DNA of 64,000 nt from an uncultured Chthonomonadaceae bacterium (lineage in GTDB: Bacteria > Armatimonadota > Chthonomonadetes > Chthonomonadales > Chthonomonadaceae): the NCBI GenBank assembly GCA_963835065.1, contig CAWIEK010000053.1, positions 256,001 to 320,000 of the forward strand, given 5' to 3'. The first letter of the stretch is position 1; each line of letters opens with the position of its first letter. A model generated the notes under the pieces. It was not told the DNA's origin. It ran no database searches and saw only the letters and a list, made by a program, of their open reading frames with translations. Below are positions 21,788-32,692 of this stretch, piece by piece. The translations under genes and the position numbers were made by a program.

Positions 21788-22471
21788 ATGCGTATTGAAC
21801 TTGGCGATCATGTCCATTCTCAGGATGGGCAGGACGTGGGCAAAATCAAGCATCTTATTCTGGACCCGGCGACGGGAAGGGTGAAAACGCTCGTCGTGGA
21901 AAAGGGTATGCTGCTCCCTGATGATGTGGAAATCCCGCTTTCAGCTGTGCAGGAGAATGGAAACGGGCCGGTGTTCGTCGCTTACACGGCGGAACAGGTA
22001 CACAATCTGCCCCATTTCGACGAGCAGCAATACGCGCCCGCGCCGCCTGCCATGCAGGAAACCTTTCCCAATATCCCGATGGGCGGCTTGCTGTGGCCGG
22101 GCGCAACAATGGGACAGGCGTTCGCGCCGAGCGGGTTTCCATTCGGGGCAGGCATGGCGTTGCCCGTTGTGGGTGTGGAGGAGGGAATACGGGGCGAACA
22201 GCCCCCGCAAGTGGAGGAGTACCTGCATCAGCAGGACGTGGAGAACGTCGTGATTTCCGAGGGCGACGATGTGTACAGCCGCGATGGAGAGAAAGTCGGC
22301 GAAATCCACAGCGTAACCCTGGATACCACTTCCGGCAAGCCGACGGCCATTGTGGTGCGTCAAGGCCACTTCTTTGGCGCGGACACCACGTTTTTGGCCG
22401 ACTCCATTGCCTCGGTAGATGATGGCATTGTCACCCTGAACATGGACAAGAAAGCGTTGTCACCGGAATAG
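21788..22471 (+). CDS. Tandem PRC-barrel domain protein
   Basis: Two G..V.S.DG..VG.I...LD units. Confidence 0.85.
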   Translation: MRIELGDHVHSQDGQDVGKIKHLILDPATGRVKTLVVEKGMLLPDDVEIPLSAVQENGNGPVFVAYTAEQVHNLPHFDEQQYAPAPPAMQETFPNIPMGGLLWPGATMGQAFAPSGFPFGAGMALPVVGVEEGIRGEQPPQVEEYLHQQDVENVVISEGDDVYSRDGEKVGEIHSVTLDTTSGKPTAIVVRQGHFFGADTTFLADSIASVDDGIVTLNMDKKALSPE

Positions 22472-22626
22472 AAGATTGACTGCTGTTACCGGCTACAATT
22501 GGGCCGGTAATGGCACGGCCCATGTCGCCATGATTGGGTACAGTACCGGCAAGGCTTCCAGCAGTTCACGTACAGACTGATACCCGGCTAACGACTGTGC
22601 CGATGTGAAATAGTCTCCAGGCAATT

Positions 22627-23127
22627 TCAATTCAGCAATAGCATTGCAGGAATATTCTCCTGCCGCTGCAAAAAGCTGATCGGGTTTTCCGCAGAGGTTT
22701 CATTGTCAGCAACAGAAGGCGAACTTTCATACTGCTCCATCATTTCGGAAGCGTAATTTATCGGATTTTCGAGCATAATGGCGTACGCATTGCGTACTTG
22801 CATCAATAGATCAGCGCTCGACCAGTGTTCACCCGGCAGACAGGCAGAAGTCGGATTCTCAAACTCTTCCGGTCGCAGAAAGTACAAATCGAGTCTACCA
22901 CGCAACGGCAGAGCTGACGTACTGGTAAAACGCACATGGCGCGGCCCCTCCCAATCCTGCACAACCTCTAACAAATTGATGTTATACGGTCCGCCTGTAG
23001 ACACTAACGAGCCGAAAACAAGCAAGGCCCGAAGTTTGTCCCGGTGAATCTCAGGATGCTTCCGTAAGAGTTCGGTAATTACTCCCCACTCGGTATAAGG
23101 TATGTTTTCCGCAGAATATAACGGCAC
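22627..23127 (-). CDS. Degenerate minimal nucleotidyltransferase-like protein
   Basis: LLVFGSLV...NINLLEVV; catalytic DxD replaced by NxN. Confidence 0.5.
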   Translation of the reverse strand: MPLYSAENIPYTEWGVITELLRKHPEIHRDKLRALLVFGSLVSTGGPYNINLLEVVQDWEGPRHVRFTSTSALPLRGRLDLYFLRPEEFENPTSACLPGEHWSSADLLMQVRNAYAIMLENPINYASEMMEQYESSPSVADNETSAENPISFLQRQENIPAMLLLN

Positions 23128-23175
23128 GGTATGTTTCTCCTTCCCTACCCACCTTGCTGCAAACAGAATATGGCA

Positions 23176-23907
23176 CTAAACTTCTGCTGTGGACGCAAGA
23201 GGGCGCGAGGCGCGGGCAACATCGGCGTCATCAGCAAAAGGACAATCAATCCATCCCAGGCAGAGCGTTATGTCTTGAACACAAGGCGCGATAGATAAAC
23301 CGTTTTTTGTGACGGTTGCGCCGAGATATTGGGCGAAATTCCGAAAATCCTCGAAGTCTTGCGTATTGCTTTGAAATGATTGTACCAGCATGACGGCTTG
23401 CCCTGCTCCACAACGCCGCGCTTCCAGAACCGCTGAGGCCGTACGGTGAAAAAGTTGATACCGTAATTGCGCAATGCCCGGTTGGGACGCAGACACGTTT
23501 AACGTTTGACAAAGACCTGATAAGCGGGTTTGCCGGTTCGTGGTTGTGCCAAGCCATTCTCCAATGAATTTGCCGAATGGCTCCCCGGCTTTGGCTTCTA
23601 CAGCCAACGAGATTAATCCGGTGGCACTGCGTAAAAGCGCCCACAAATCGCTTTGGGAAGGTCTGCCTGTTCCCTCTAACTCTACGGTATGTTCGGGAAT
23701 CGCAAATAAGACCGCAGCGTCACGTAACGGCTTGCATTGATCCAGAACTTCAGCAACTTGTATCGGCAACCCACGCGGTAAGGAGGCCGCGTTCTCCCAG
23801 GCAACAGCCAATTCATACGCGGAGTGTTTGCGCTTCCAATGGATGGGAGAAGCCAATCGCTCTTGCCAATTCTCCAATCCCTGCGCGTTGACATAAATGC
23901 GCCGCAT
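23176..23907 (-). CDS. DUF6946-like PD-(D/E)xK nuclease-fold protein
   Basis: HWKRKHSAYELA, IPEHTV...SQSDL...VEAK, LRYQLFHRTASA. Confidence 0.7.
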   Translation of the reverse strand: MRRIYVNAQGLENWQERLASPIHWKRKHSAYELAVAWENAASLPRGLPIQVAEVLDQCKPLRDAAVLFAIPEHTVELEGTGRPSQSDLWALLRSATGLISLAVEAKAGEPFGKFIGEWLGTTTNRQTRLSGLCQTLNVSASQPGIAQLRYQLFHRTASAVLEARRCGAGQAVMLVQSFQSNTQDFEDFRNFAQYLGATVTKNGLSIAPCVQDITLCLGWIDCPFADDADVARASRPLASTAEV

Positions 23908-24019
23908 CTGTTTTCTACTTTCTCCTACACATGCTTTTCAGGTAGGGAAATGCGCGTTAATCTCATGCCGAAAAAGGCAAGTAGTAGATTTACGCCTCCT
24001 AAGCACCCAATACTCAAAT

Positions 24020-25255
24020 TCATCGGCCTTCATTCAGGAACAGGTACAGGCCGCTTTTGCCTGGCGCGATTATATCCAGCCGTCCCGTATGCCGCAGGTC
24101 AACGGCAGTCAATTGCAGGCCGGTTCCCACTTGCGACCCTTCGTCAATGACGACTTTTTGCCACGCCTTGCCCTTGCGGTCATACTTGTAGTAGTACAGG
24201 CCAAGCGGGTCGCCCGCGCCCGGATCATGGTCATGCGCTTTGTAACGCTTGCCGGTGAGAATGACGGGCTGTTTTGTGCCTTCCAGGTCGGCTAAAATCA
24301 GCGTATGCGCCTGTGACCAACTCGTATCAATCGCCTGTTGCGCCCACTTCATGCCCGCGCCTGCCGACGAGCTTTCGGGCGTCTGCTGAAGCCAGTACAG
24401 GCCGTAATGATGCCCGCTGCCGAACACAATGGAGCGTTTGCCGCTCCCATCCACGTCCAGTGTCGGGGTTCCAATTCCCAGATCGCCCGGATTGCACTCC
24501 CAATCCTTGTGCCACGTCCATTTGTCATTGCGGGCGTCCACGTTCTCGTACCAGCCATGCGGCGTAATCAAATCGCATTTGCCGTCGCCGTTCACGTCGC
24601 CAAAGCCGATGCCGTGTCCCGCGCCCTCCTTGCCGACAACGTGTTCCACCCACTGTGGTTTGTCACCCTTAGCCGCGCCCTTGCGCAGTTCGTACCAGAC
24701 GACCTGCCCTCCGCAGTTGGGCAAAATGCAGACGGTTTTCTTGTCCAGCAGGGGCGCAAAAACCGTCGTTTCCGCGCTGCCGGGTTTGGCAATCAGATGC
24801 TTTTCCCACATCGCGCCGTTCAGTTTCGCTTTGCCGGGGTTCTCGCTCCAGAAAATCTCTCCCGTCGCGTAATCGGACGAAACAATATCTATATTGCCGT
24901 CGCCGTTGCAGTCTACGGGCAGGTCGGCAAAGTCCGCGCGATAGCCGCTGTTGTTGGCGTCCCGGCCCCATACGCCGATCTCACGGAACTTATGTGGCGT
25001 CCAATTCGGCGCTTCGTACCACGTATCGCCGCTCACAATATCGAGTTTGCCGTCGCCGTTCATATCCGCCGCGCTTGCCGCCTCAAAATCCGAATTGGCG
25101 TTAATTACCACCTTGCGCCACTTCACCCGCGACGGCGCAGCCGCAGGAACCACATTCCCCGGCTTGTCCACATCCTGCGCCCCCATCGGCAGCGCCCCTA
25201 TTCCCACGCCAACGGCAAGTACGCCCGCCGCCACTGCTGCATTGATTCTCTTCAC
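24020..25255 (-). CDS. Secreted FG-GAP/VCBS repeat protein
   Basis: AAGGAG SD and GTG 25255; signal peptide; DMNGDGKLD, GHGIGFGDVNGDG, TGKRYKAH. Confidence 0.8.
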   Translation of the reverse strand: MKRINAAVAAGVLAVGVGIGALPMGAQDVDKPGNVVPAAAPSRVKWRKVVINANSDFEAASAADMNGDGKLDIVSGDTWYEAPNWTPHKFREIGVWGRDANNSGYRADFADLPVDCNGDGNIDIVSSDYATGEIFWSENPGKAKLNGAMWEKHLIAKPGSAETTVFAPLLDKKTVCILPNCGGQVVWYELRKGAAKGDKPQWVEHVVGKEGAGHGIGFGDVNGDGKCDLITPHGWYENVDARNDKWTWHKDWECNPGDLGIGTPTLDVDGSGKRSIVFGSGHHYGLYWLQQTPESSSAGAGMKWAQQAIDTSWSQAHTLILADLEGTKQPVILTGKRYKAHDHDPGAGDPLGLYYYKYDRKGKAWQKVVIDEGSQVGTGLQLTAVDLRHTGRLDIIAPGKSGLYLFLNEGR

Positions 25256-25273
25256 GCGCCAGTCTCCTTGTAT

Positions 25274-25498
25274 AAACCGCGAAACACGCCAAACAAACGA
25301 AAAAAGAACAAAAACAAAAATACAAACCACGGAGAACACGGAGAACACGGAGGAACGCGGATAGGAATATCAGGAGGCTGTTTTGATGAACAGAGCTTTT
25401 TCCATCTTTGTTCGTAATCCTGTTTAATCCTTCTAATCCTCTTAATCCTGTCTATTTTCTTTCGTATTCTTTTCGTTTGGTTCGCGTGTTTCGCGGTT
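25274..25498. repeat. Nested palindromic / 9-10-mer repeat elements
   Basis: Outer IR aaccgcgaaacacgccaaacaaacgaaaa / ttttcgtttggttcgcgtgtttcgcggtt encloses (cacggagaa)n and (taatcct..)n arrays. Confidence 0.8.
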
Positions 25499-25503
25499 CT
25501 TAC

Positions 25504-27018
25504 TTATGCAAGTATCGGATGGATCACTTCGCCGCTTACATCGGTCAGGCGCATGTTGCGGCCACTGTACTGGTACGTGAGGCGGGTATGGTCCAGGCCA
25601 AGCAGATGCAGAATGGTGGCGTTGAGGTCATATACTGTCTGCACGTTTTCAGACGCGACGTAGCCGATTTCATCCGACGCGCCGTAAATGGTTCCGCCCT
25701 TGACGCCGCCGCCCGCCAGCCAGCACGAGAACGCTTTCGGGTTGTGGTCGCGGCCCACGCTGCCTTCGGTAAACGGCATACGTCCAAACTCGGTATGGAA
25801 CACGAGCAGGGTGTCCTCGAACAAGCCGCGCTGTTTCAGATCGCGGATCAGGCCGGCAATCGGGAGGTCAATTTCGCCCGCCCGCATCGTGTGGTTGGGA
25901 ACCATCGCGTTGTGCGCGTCCCAACTCTGGTCGAATACGCCGCCGCCGGAGTAAATCTGCACAAAGCGAACGCCGCGCTCCACCAGCCGACGCGCCAGCA
26001 AACACTGCCGCCCGACGATTTCGGTTTGCGGCTTGTCCAGACCGTACAGCGTTTTCGTGGCCTCGGACTCGCGGCTCAAATCAACCGCTTCCGTCGCTTC
26101 CGACTGCATCCGGTACGCCAGTTCATACGCCCGTATCCGCGCCGCCAACTCCTGCTCGCCCGGACGCCCGCGCAGAAACTCCTCATTGAGTTTGCCGATG
26201 AAGTCCAGATGTTCGCGCTGCTTTTCGGGCGTGACGCCGGCGGGCGGCTTCAGGTTGAGGACCGGCAAGCCCTGACTGCGAAACTGTACGCCCTGATAGT
26301 TGGATGGCAGAAAGCCCGCGCTCCAGTTGCCCGCGCCGCCGCCGACAAGGGCGCGCGGATCGGTCATCACGACAAACGCGGGCAGGTTCTGGTTTTCGGT
26401 TCCCAATCCATAGGTGATCCAGTTGCCCAACCCCGGCCTGCCGCTCAAAATGCTGCCGGTCAGCATGTGGTACACGGCGGGAACGTGGTTGTTGCTGTCG
26501 GACTTCATGGAGCGGATGAGGGCAATATCATCGGCGCAGCTTCCGATATGCGGCAATAAGTCGGACACGGGCATCCCGCACTGACCGTATGGCTTGAACT
26601 GCCAGGGACTTTTCATCAATTTGCCCGGCGCGCTCCGCCCGCCCGTGTCAAAGCCGGGCCGCCCCGCAACCGAAGCGCCATCTTGTTTGATAAGCTCGCT
26701 TTTCGGGTCAAACGTGTCAACGTGGCTGATGCCGCCGAACATAAACAGCGAAATCACGCGCTTCACTTTGGGCGCGAAGTGCGGCGGTTTTGGGAAGAGC
26801 GGGTCTTGGGTGTTGGGATTGCCGATTGCCGATTGCCGATTGTGGATTGTGGATTGTTCCCTGACCCCTGACCCATGACCCCTGGCCCCTTCTCCTAAAG
26901 CGCCTTCTTCACCAAGCAGAAAGGCCAATGCCAGCCCGCCAATGCCGCCGCCTGCCCGCGCCAGGAAGTCTCGCCGCGCAATGTTCTCCGGCCCGCTATG
27001 ATCGTCGTGTGGTTCCAT
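25504..27018 (-). CDS. DUF1501 protein (Tat-like RRDFL)
   Basis: HFAPKVKRVISLFMFGGISHVDTFDPK, ARRLVERGVRFVQ, EFGRMP, GRDHNP. Confidence 0.92.
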   Translation of the reverse strand: MEPHDDHSGPENIARRDFLARAGGGIGGLALAFLLGEEGALGEGARGHGSGVREQSTIHNRQSAIGNPNTQDPLFPKPPHFAPKVKRVISLFMFGGISHVDTFDPKSELIKQDGASVAGRPGFDTGGRSAPGKLMKSPWQFKPYGQCGMPVSDLLPHIGSCADDIALIRSMKSDSNNHVPAVYHMLTGSILSGRPGLGNWITYGLGTENQNLPAFVVMTDPRALVGGGAGNWSAGFLPSNYQGVQFRSQGLPVLNLKPPAGVTPEKQREHLDFIGKLNEEFLRGRPGEQELAARIRAYELAYRMQSEATEAVDLSRESEATKTLYGLDKPQTEIVGRQCLLARRLVERGVRFVQIYSGGGVFDQSWDAHNAMVPNHTMRAGEIDLPIAGLIRDLKQRGLFEDTLLVFHTEFGRMPFTEGSVGRDHNPKAFSCWLAGGGVKGGTIYGASDEIGYVASENVQTVYDLNATILHLLGLDHTRLTYQYSGRNMRLTDVSGEVIHPILA

Positions 27019-27031
27019 ATCAGTTTTCCTA

Positions 27032-27316
27032 CTACCTTCGCATGTCTTGACCCGTTAATGATGTTTCTGCCTGATTCCATACCGACCAAACTTCGGCGGC
27101 AAGTGGCAAAACCGATTCTACAAAGCGCAGTCCTTCTTCAGACAACAAGCGATAACCCTCCGCAGCCAATTCGTCCTGACAGAGACGGGCATCTTCGACA
27201 ACAAGGTCCGCCAGGTAGCGGTTCACTAATTTGTCTTCTTCCGTTGTGCGCTGCCACAAAACATTTATGACAGCACTTTCAAAATACAGGTTCAGCTTTA
27301 TCAAAGACAGGGACAT
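27032..27316 (-). CDS. Small hypothetical protein (antitoxin-like)
   Basis: ORF with acidic C-terminus ELAAEGY...LAAEVW. Confidence 0.35.
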   Translation of the reverse strand: MSLSLIKLNLYFESAVINVLWQRTTEEDKLVNRYLADLVVEDARLCQDELAAEGYRLLSEEGLRFVESVLPLAAEVWSVWNQAETSLTGQDMRR

Positions 27317-27381
27317 ACCTTCTACTTTAGTATGTGCTACGAACCGGTATAGCACAATCTTCTTTACTTGATTGGAAGAAA

Positions 27382-28406
27382 TTACTTCCTCTTACAACGC
27401 CGAAGCAGTTCCAGCCAAGCCAGAACATCTTTTGCGCCGTTGCGAACAGCCTCATTCGGTTCCCGCAAAACTTTATGGCACAATTGTTCTATGGAAGGTA
27501 CATCAAAGGTCCGAATACAGAGAAACCATTTCGGGCGCGTTGTGCAGCAGTTCCAGCACTTCTATTTTTTCTGGAACTGTGAGCTGTCTTGTTGCCAAAA
27601 CTTTGCGTGGCAATTCTCTCCAAGCATCCGTATGTTCAGAGGTTTCTACATCCTTATCCCTCCAGCCAAGGCGACATAGACAATTATGCGCGGTATCATG
27701 GATGTAGTAGTCTTTGCTTTGCAATGCCATTGCCAGCAGCTTGACTGACAAGAACTTGCTGTCTGCATTAAGGGGAAATGCCTGCAACGCGCGAAGTATG
27801 CTCAGGCGAACAGTTTGGGATGCTTGCGGGTATAAAGATGTAAGCAGTTCTATGGCCGATTTGGTTGCAATTCGCGTAAGTGCGTACACCGCAGCAAACT
27901 GGCTATCTTCACCACTGTTGTACAAAATCTCCCGTAAAATTGGAATTGCTTCATCGCCTGCAAGGTACATTGTGCGGATACTTCGGAACAACGGCTTGGC
28001 TATGGTCCTGTAATGCCAACTGCAAGAGCGGCAGAATCGATAAACTTCCAATTCGCCCTAATGATCGAACCGCCTCAACGCGCACACCTTCTACCTCATC
28101 CTGCAATGCAATGGAGAGGCCGTTAATAGCCGCCGGATTTCCAATATGCCCCAACGCTATTACGGCAGCAAGCCGAGTGACAATTTGATAATCTTGAAGT
28201 TTACCAATCAGCAAAGGTATGGCTTCTAAGCTGCCCTGATGCCCCAATGCTTTGATCGCGCTCTGACGCACCCTCTCGTCCCAATGGTTCAGCAAGCCAA
28301 TCAACGGTTCAATGGCGCGAGTGTCGAAAATATCCTGATAAACCTCTAATGCTGCAAGGCGCGTTTCCATTTCAGGGCTATTCAAGGCTTCCAGTGGGTC
28401 ATCCAT
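27382..28406 (-). CDS. HEAT-repeat protein (two apparent frameshifts, near 27990 and 27520)
   Basis: VRQSAIKALG, TRLAAVIALG, VRVEAVRSLG repeats spread over consecutive frames. Confidence 0.7.
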
Positions 28407-28443
28407 GATACATCCGCCGTTCACGCGAACAGACAGTCACACA

Positions 28444-28874
28444 TTATCCGTAAGTTGCTTGCACGGCCTGCGGCTGTTCATTCCATTGGAAGACATAACC
28501 ACGCCGAAATTCTAAGCCATGAATTCTTCGTTCGTGAATTCATGGTAGCGCGGGTTTATTTGCTGCTGTGCCCGCATATATACGAGAAATTCCTTAACGA
28601 AGGGTTCATCAGGGCGTAAAACGACAACACGCGATATAGTAAGCAACTCTTCTTTTGTGAGAGACTTCTTCAACTTGTCGAACACCAAGTCCAATGTTGG
28701 TTTTGTGTTTTCCCCTACCCAGGGTGCCGAGACGATAATATCCCATGGTCCTACGGAGTTTTCTCTCTCCAGAAGAGCAAATAAGGTAAACTCTCCCCGC
28801 ATACGGGCGAGTTCCTGTTGAATCTCCGGCAAAACTTGAAGCAAGCGAGCTTTTTTTGATTGATAATCCATCAT
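28444..28874 (-). CDS. Nucleotidyltransferase-fold-like partner of HEPN (frameshift near 28520)
   Basis: LFALLERE..GPWDIIVSAPW; adding one A restores EFNGLEFRRGYVF...YG*. Confidence 0.55.
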
Positions 28875-28875
28875 T

Positions 28876-29274
28876 TCAGATAACCTTTACCAACACGCGA
28901 ACTGCGGAAATCATATTGAGCGCGTCTGTTTGTGTAACAGAACCCACAGGGCGATAACACACTTCCGGCGTCCAGTTGTTCGTACCATTTGACCATTCCG
29001 AACCGTAATCAGCCCGAATACGCGCTTCGATACCGGAAAGTGTCAACAAAACATCAAGATCATGCGTCTTGAAACTTTGATAATGCGCGAACTCTCGGTT
29101 GGATTCGGGAAAACCTGCCCACTTCAGCGTTCGGCAGATACGCGCCTTCAAAGCAACTTCGACAGCATACCCACACAAGTAGACAGCGCCATCGTAGCGT
29201 TTGTTGCGGTAAAGCGCTTGCGCTTCATTCAAACGAACACGCGCAATCAGTCTCAAATTAGCAATGGAAATCAT
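28876..29274 (-). CDS. HEPN domain protein
   Basis: GAVYLCGYAVEVALKA...KTHDL. Confidence 0.85.
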   Translation of the reverse strand: MISIANLRLIARVRLNEAQALYRNKRYDGAVYLCGYAVEVALKARICRTLKWAGFPESNREFAHYQSFKTHDLDVLLTLSGIEARIRADYGSEWSNGTNNWTPEVCYRPVGSVTQTDALNMISAVRVLVKVI

Positions 29275-29303
29275 AGCCCTGTAGCTTCTGCCTCCCTTCT
29301 ATG

Positions 29304-31552
29304 CTATGGCACGTATACGAACTCGTTCAGGTTGAACACGGCCTGGCAGAAGTCGGAGAGGGCGGACGCGCCGCGCTTTTGCATGAATGTCAGGCTCAGG
29401 TTTAGTTCCTGCGCCGACGGGCTGCGGCCAAATGCCAGTTGGTAGGCGCGTTCTACCTGTTGGCGCGGATTGTTGGGACACTCTTTTTGCAGACGTTGCG
29501 CGAACAAGCCGGCCTGCCGCAGAATGAGCGGGTCGTTGAGCAGAGTCAGAGCTTGCAGGGGCGTGGTCGTGACATTGCGCTGCGCCACCGTATACGTAAT
29601 TTCGGGGCAGTCGAACACTTCCAGTTCCGGCAGCAGCGTGGAGCGTTTCACCTTCACGTACACGCTGCGCCGCCATGTGGACGCATCATCTTCGCCGTCG
29701 TGCCAGTTGGGACCTTGAAACGTGTCGGCGCGGAGGGATGGATCAATCGGCGGATACACGGGCGGGCCACCCATTTGCAGGTTCAGGGTTCCCGCCAGCG
29801 ACAAAATGGTGTCTCGTATCGGTTCGCCTTCCAAACGGCGCACGGGCATACGCCAGTAATACTTGTCCTGCGGGTCGGCCTTCATCCCCGCGTCGCGCAT
29901 GTCCGAAGCCTGCTGATACGTGGACGAGAGGAGCATCAGGCGGTGCAGGGGCTTGAGGCGCCATTGCATGGCAAATGATGAGTGATGAGTGATGAGTGAT
30001 GAATTGGATTTTGTATTCCATTCATCATTCATCATTCCTCGTTCATCATTTGCAACGAAGTTGCTTGCCAGCCAATCCAGCAGTTCCGGGTGGGAGGGCC
30101 GTTCGCCGTTGAGGCCGAAGTTGCTGGGCGTGTTGACCAGGCCCCTGCCGAAGTGCTGCCGCCACACGCGGTTGACCCACACGCGGGCGGTGAGCGGGTT
30201 TTGCGGACTGGTCAGCCAATCGGCAAGCGCGGTTCGGCGTCCCGTCGTGGCGGCGGTTGCGGGAGCGGTTCCAACATCCGTTGCGCCATTGGGCAGGAAA
30301 CAGATAAAGCCCGGCTTTACCTCGTCGCCCGGATGGTAGGCGTCGCCGCGCAACAGCAAATGGCAGGCCGGAAACTCGCGGCCTCTGTCGGTGACGATTT
30401 GGGCGTGGGGAACTTCCAAACGCTGCGCTTCCAGCGCTTTCACCTGCTGCTGAAGCGCCGTAAATTGCTTACGAGCGGGTTCGGGCAGAGCGGCGGAGTA
30501 TTTGCGCGTCATCGGGTTTCGGCTGTCCCGCTTTCTTTGCGGCTTCCTCGCCCTGCTTATGCAGAGCGTCTAGTTGCGGGCGCAAGGCGGCCAGTTGTTT
30601 ATCCAAGCGGCGCGTTGTGTTCGGCGACGGTACGGCGTTCTTCCACACTCGCGCACTCCACTTCGCGCCGCTCGGTTGGGGCGAAGATGGCGGCCAGTCG
30701 GTAGTAATCCGTCTGCTTGACGGGATCATACTTGTGGTCGTGACACCGGGCGCAGCCAATCGTCAGGCCAAGCATGACCGAACCTGTAGTGGCAACCAGA
30801 TCATCCAGTTCGTTGGCGCGGGTTCGGGCGTTGTTTTCTACAATGTCCTGCGGGCCACAGGCGAGATACCCGGTTGCAATCAGCGCGTTAGGATCGTTGG
30901 GCTTGAGTTCATCGCCGGCAATCTGTTCGCGTATAAATTCGTTGTACGGCTTGTCCTGATTGAAAGCGTCAATCACATAATCCCGGTATCGCCAGGCAAG
31001 GACACGGTCTTTATCCCCCTCGAAGCCGCCACTGTCGGCGTAACGCGCCAAATCCAGCCAGTGCCGCCCCCACCGCTCGCCATAGCGCGGACTTGCCAGC
31101 AGGCCATCCACAACTTTTTCCCAGGCACGGGGAGACTTGTCGTTGACAAACGCTTCCACATCGGCAGGCGCAGGCGGCAGGCCGATCAAATCGAAATATG
31201 CGCGGCGAATCAACGCGCGGCGGGACGCGGGCGGAGACGGCTGCAAACCGTTTTCGCGCATTTTAGCAAGCACGAAAGCGTCAATCGGATTATGTATCCA
31301 CGCAGATTGTATCTTGGGAACAGGCGGCAGCACAGGCGCTTTGAAAGCCCACCAAACCTGCGGCTGCGCCTTATTGACGATTTTCGATTGCCGATTGACG
31401 ATTGACGATTTGGTTCCTGCTGTTCCCTGTTCCCTGTTCCCTGTTCTCTGTTCTTCTGTTTGACACGCGGCGGCAAGGGACAGCGCGGCGAGGCCGAGCG
31501 TCAAACCGAGTTGTATATTCCGTATGGCGCGATGTGGTCGCCCGTTGCTCAT
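29304..31552 (-). CDS. DUF1549/DUF1553 (PSD1) protein (two frameshifts near 30600 and 30490)
   Basis: [65 protein letters not shown]. Confidence 0.9.
29971..30053. repeat. GTGATGA/TTCATCA heptamer palindrome inserted in frame (27 codons) in DUF1553
   Basis: gcaaatgatgagtgatgagtgatgagtgatgaat / attcatcattcatcattcctcgttcatcatttgc. Confidence 0.85.
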
Positions 31553-32184
31553 GCCGTTTCTCCCGCCCGTTAAGCAGTTGAGAGTTGAGAGTTCGTAGTT
31601 GATAGACAGGCAGGAACTACGAACCTTCAGCGTTCCTCCGCTTCGTTTCTGCGCTTCCCTGCGCAATGCCCGCCTGTAAACAATCTTATTGCCCTATTCT
31701 ACCATTTTCAACCGAGCATGGCAGACAAATTGCGCGGAGTTGCAGAGGCGTTGCGCCTTGCCATTGCGTCACAAGCGTTGTTGATTTTCGTTTTGACTAG
31801 CATACAAGGGAAGATTCGTTTTGTTAGACACGCTAAGTTCTTTGGAGTTGCAGGGAAAGGGGGCGGCAAGGCTGATTGCCCACGCCTCGACACTTTCAAG
31901 CAGGCCGGCTGTACGTGTAATTGCGTAAACACGCCGTAATGTCCGAATACCGAATACCTGAATACCGAACACCGAAGTTTTCAAGGCGAAATACTTAATG
32001 TAACGACAAAAGCGAACATTCTGCCCCTGTTATCCGTCGTTTCTATAGCGCACAGGCGTTTCAACTGTTTTGGAGCCTCTTTCGAGGTTGAAAAACATCG
32101 CTAACTGCCTGACCGCATCCACTTCTGGCGCTTGCGTGTTTGTAAAGCCTCAGAAGCACACCATTGTTTGGGAGGAAGACCGAG

Positions 32185-32514
32185 ATGTCACGTATAATGA
32201 AAGCCACCGCCCTGTTGGGCCTGGGCATTGCCTTGTTTGGAACCGGCAGCATTACCGGAGCGCGCGCCGATGGAACGTATGACAAGCTGAACGCCAACGT
32301 GCGCAAAGACATGGACGTCCTTCAGGATGATCAAAAGCATATCCATGACATGCAGACCAAGCGCGACGACCAGAAGGCGCACAGACAATTCGCGTATGCG
32401 CGCCAAACCACGAAGGACATTCACAAAGCGCAACAGGCCAAGTACCGCCACACGCAGAAACTGCGCTTTGACCAGCGAGAACTTGCGTCTTACAAGCGGG
32501 CGCACAAAATGTAA
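32185..32514 (+). CDS. Small secreted helical protein
   Basis: GGAGG SD; signal peptide ending ARA; charged coiled-coil body. Confidence 0.75.
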   Translation: MSRIMKATALLGLGIALFGTGSITGARADGTYDKLNANVRKDMDVLQDDQKHIHDMQTKRDDQKAHRQFAYARQTTKDIHKAQQAKYRHTQKLRFDQRELASYKRAHKM

Positions 32515-32628
32515 TGCTGTTTCCACATCGGGCTGTGAGTTAAAACTCGCGGCATGTCCAGAGGACGCCCGGTAACAAAATCCACCTGCGCGGACTGAAA
32601 CAGTTATTTGGTGGAAGTCCCTAAGACT

Positions 32629-32665
32629 AGAAGCGGCGGGCTGAGAATATCAGCCTGCCGCTTCT
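32629..32665. terminator. Terminator hairpin
   Basis: agaagcggcgggctga / tcagcctgccgcttct. Confidence 0.7.
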
Positions 32666-32692
32666 GCTTGTGTTACAGTATGAAAAAATCAG

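Noticed and set aside
25256..25348. Hydrophobic N-terminal extension of the 442-aa ORF
   Set aside because: Translation of repeat arms; SD and GTG at 25255 is the likely start
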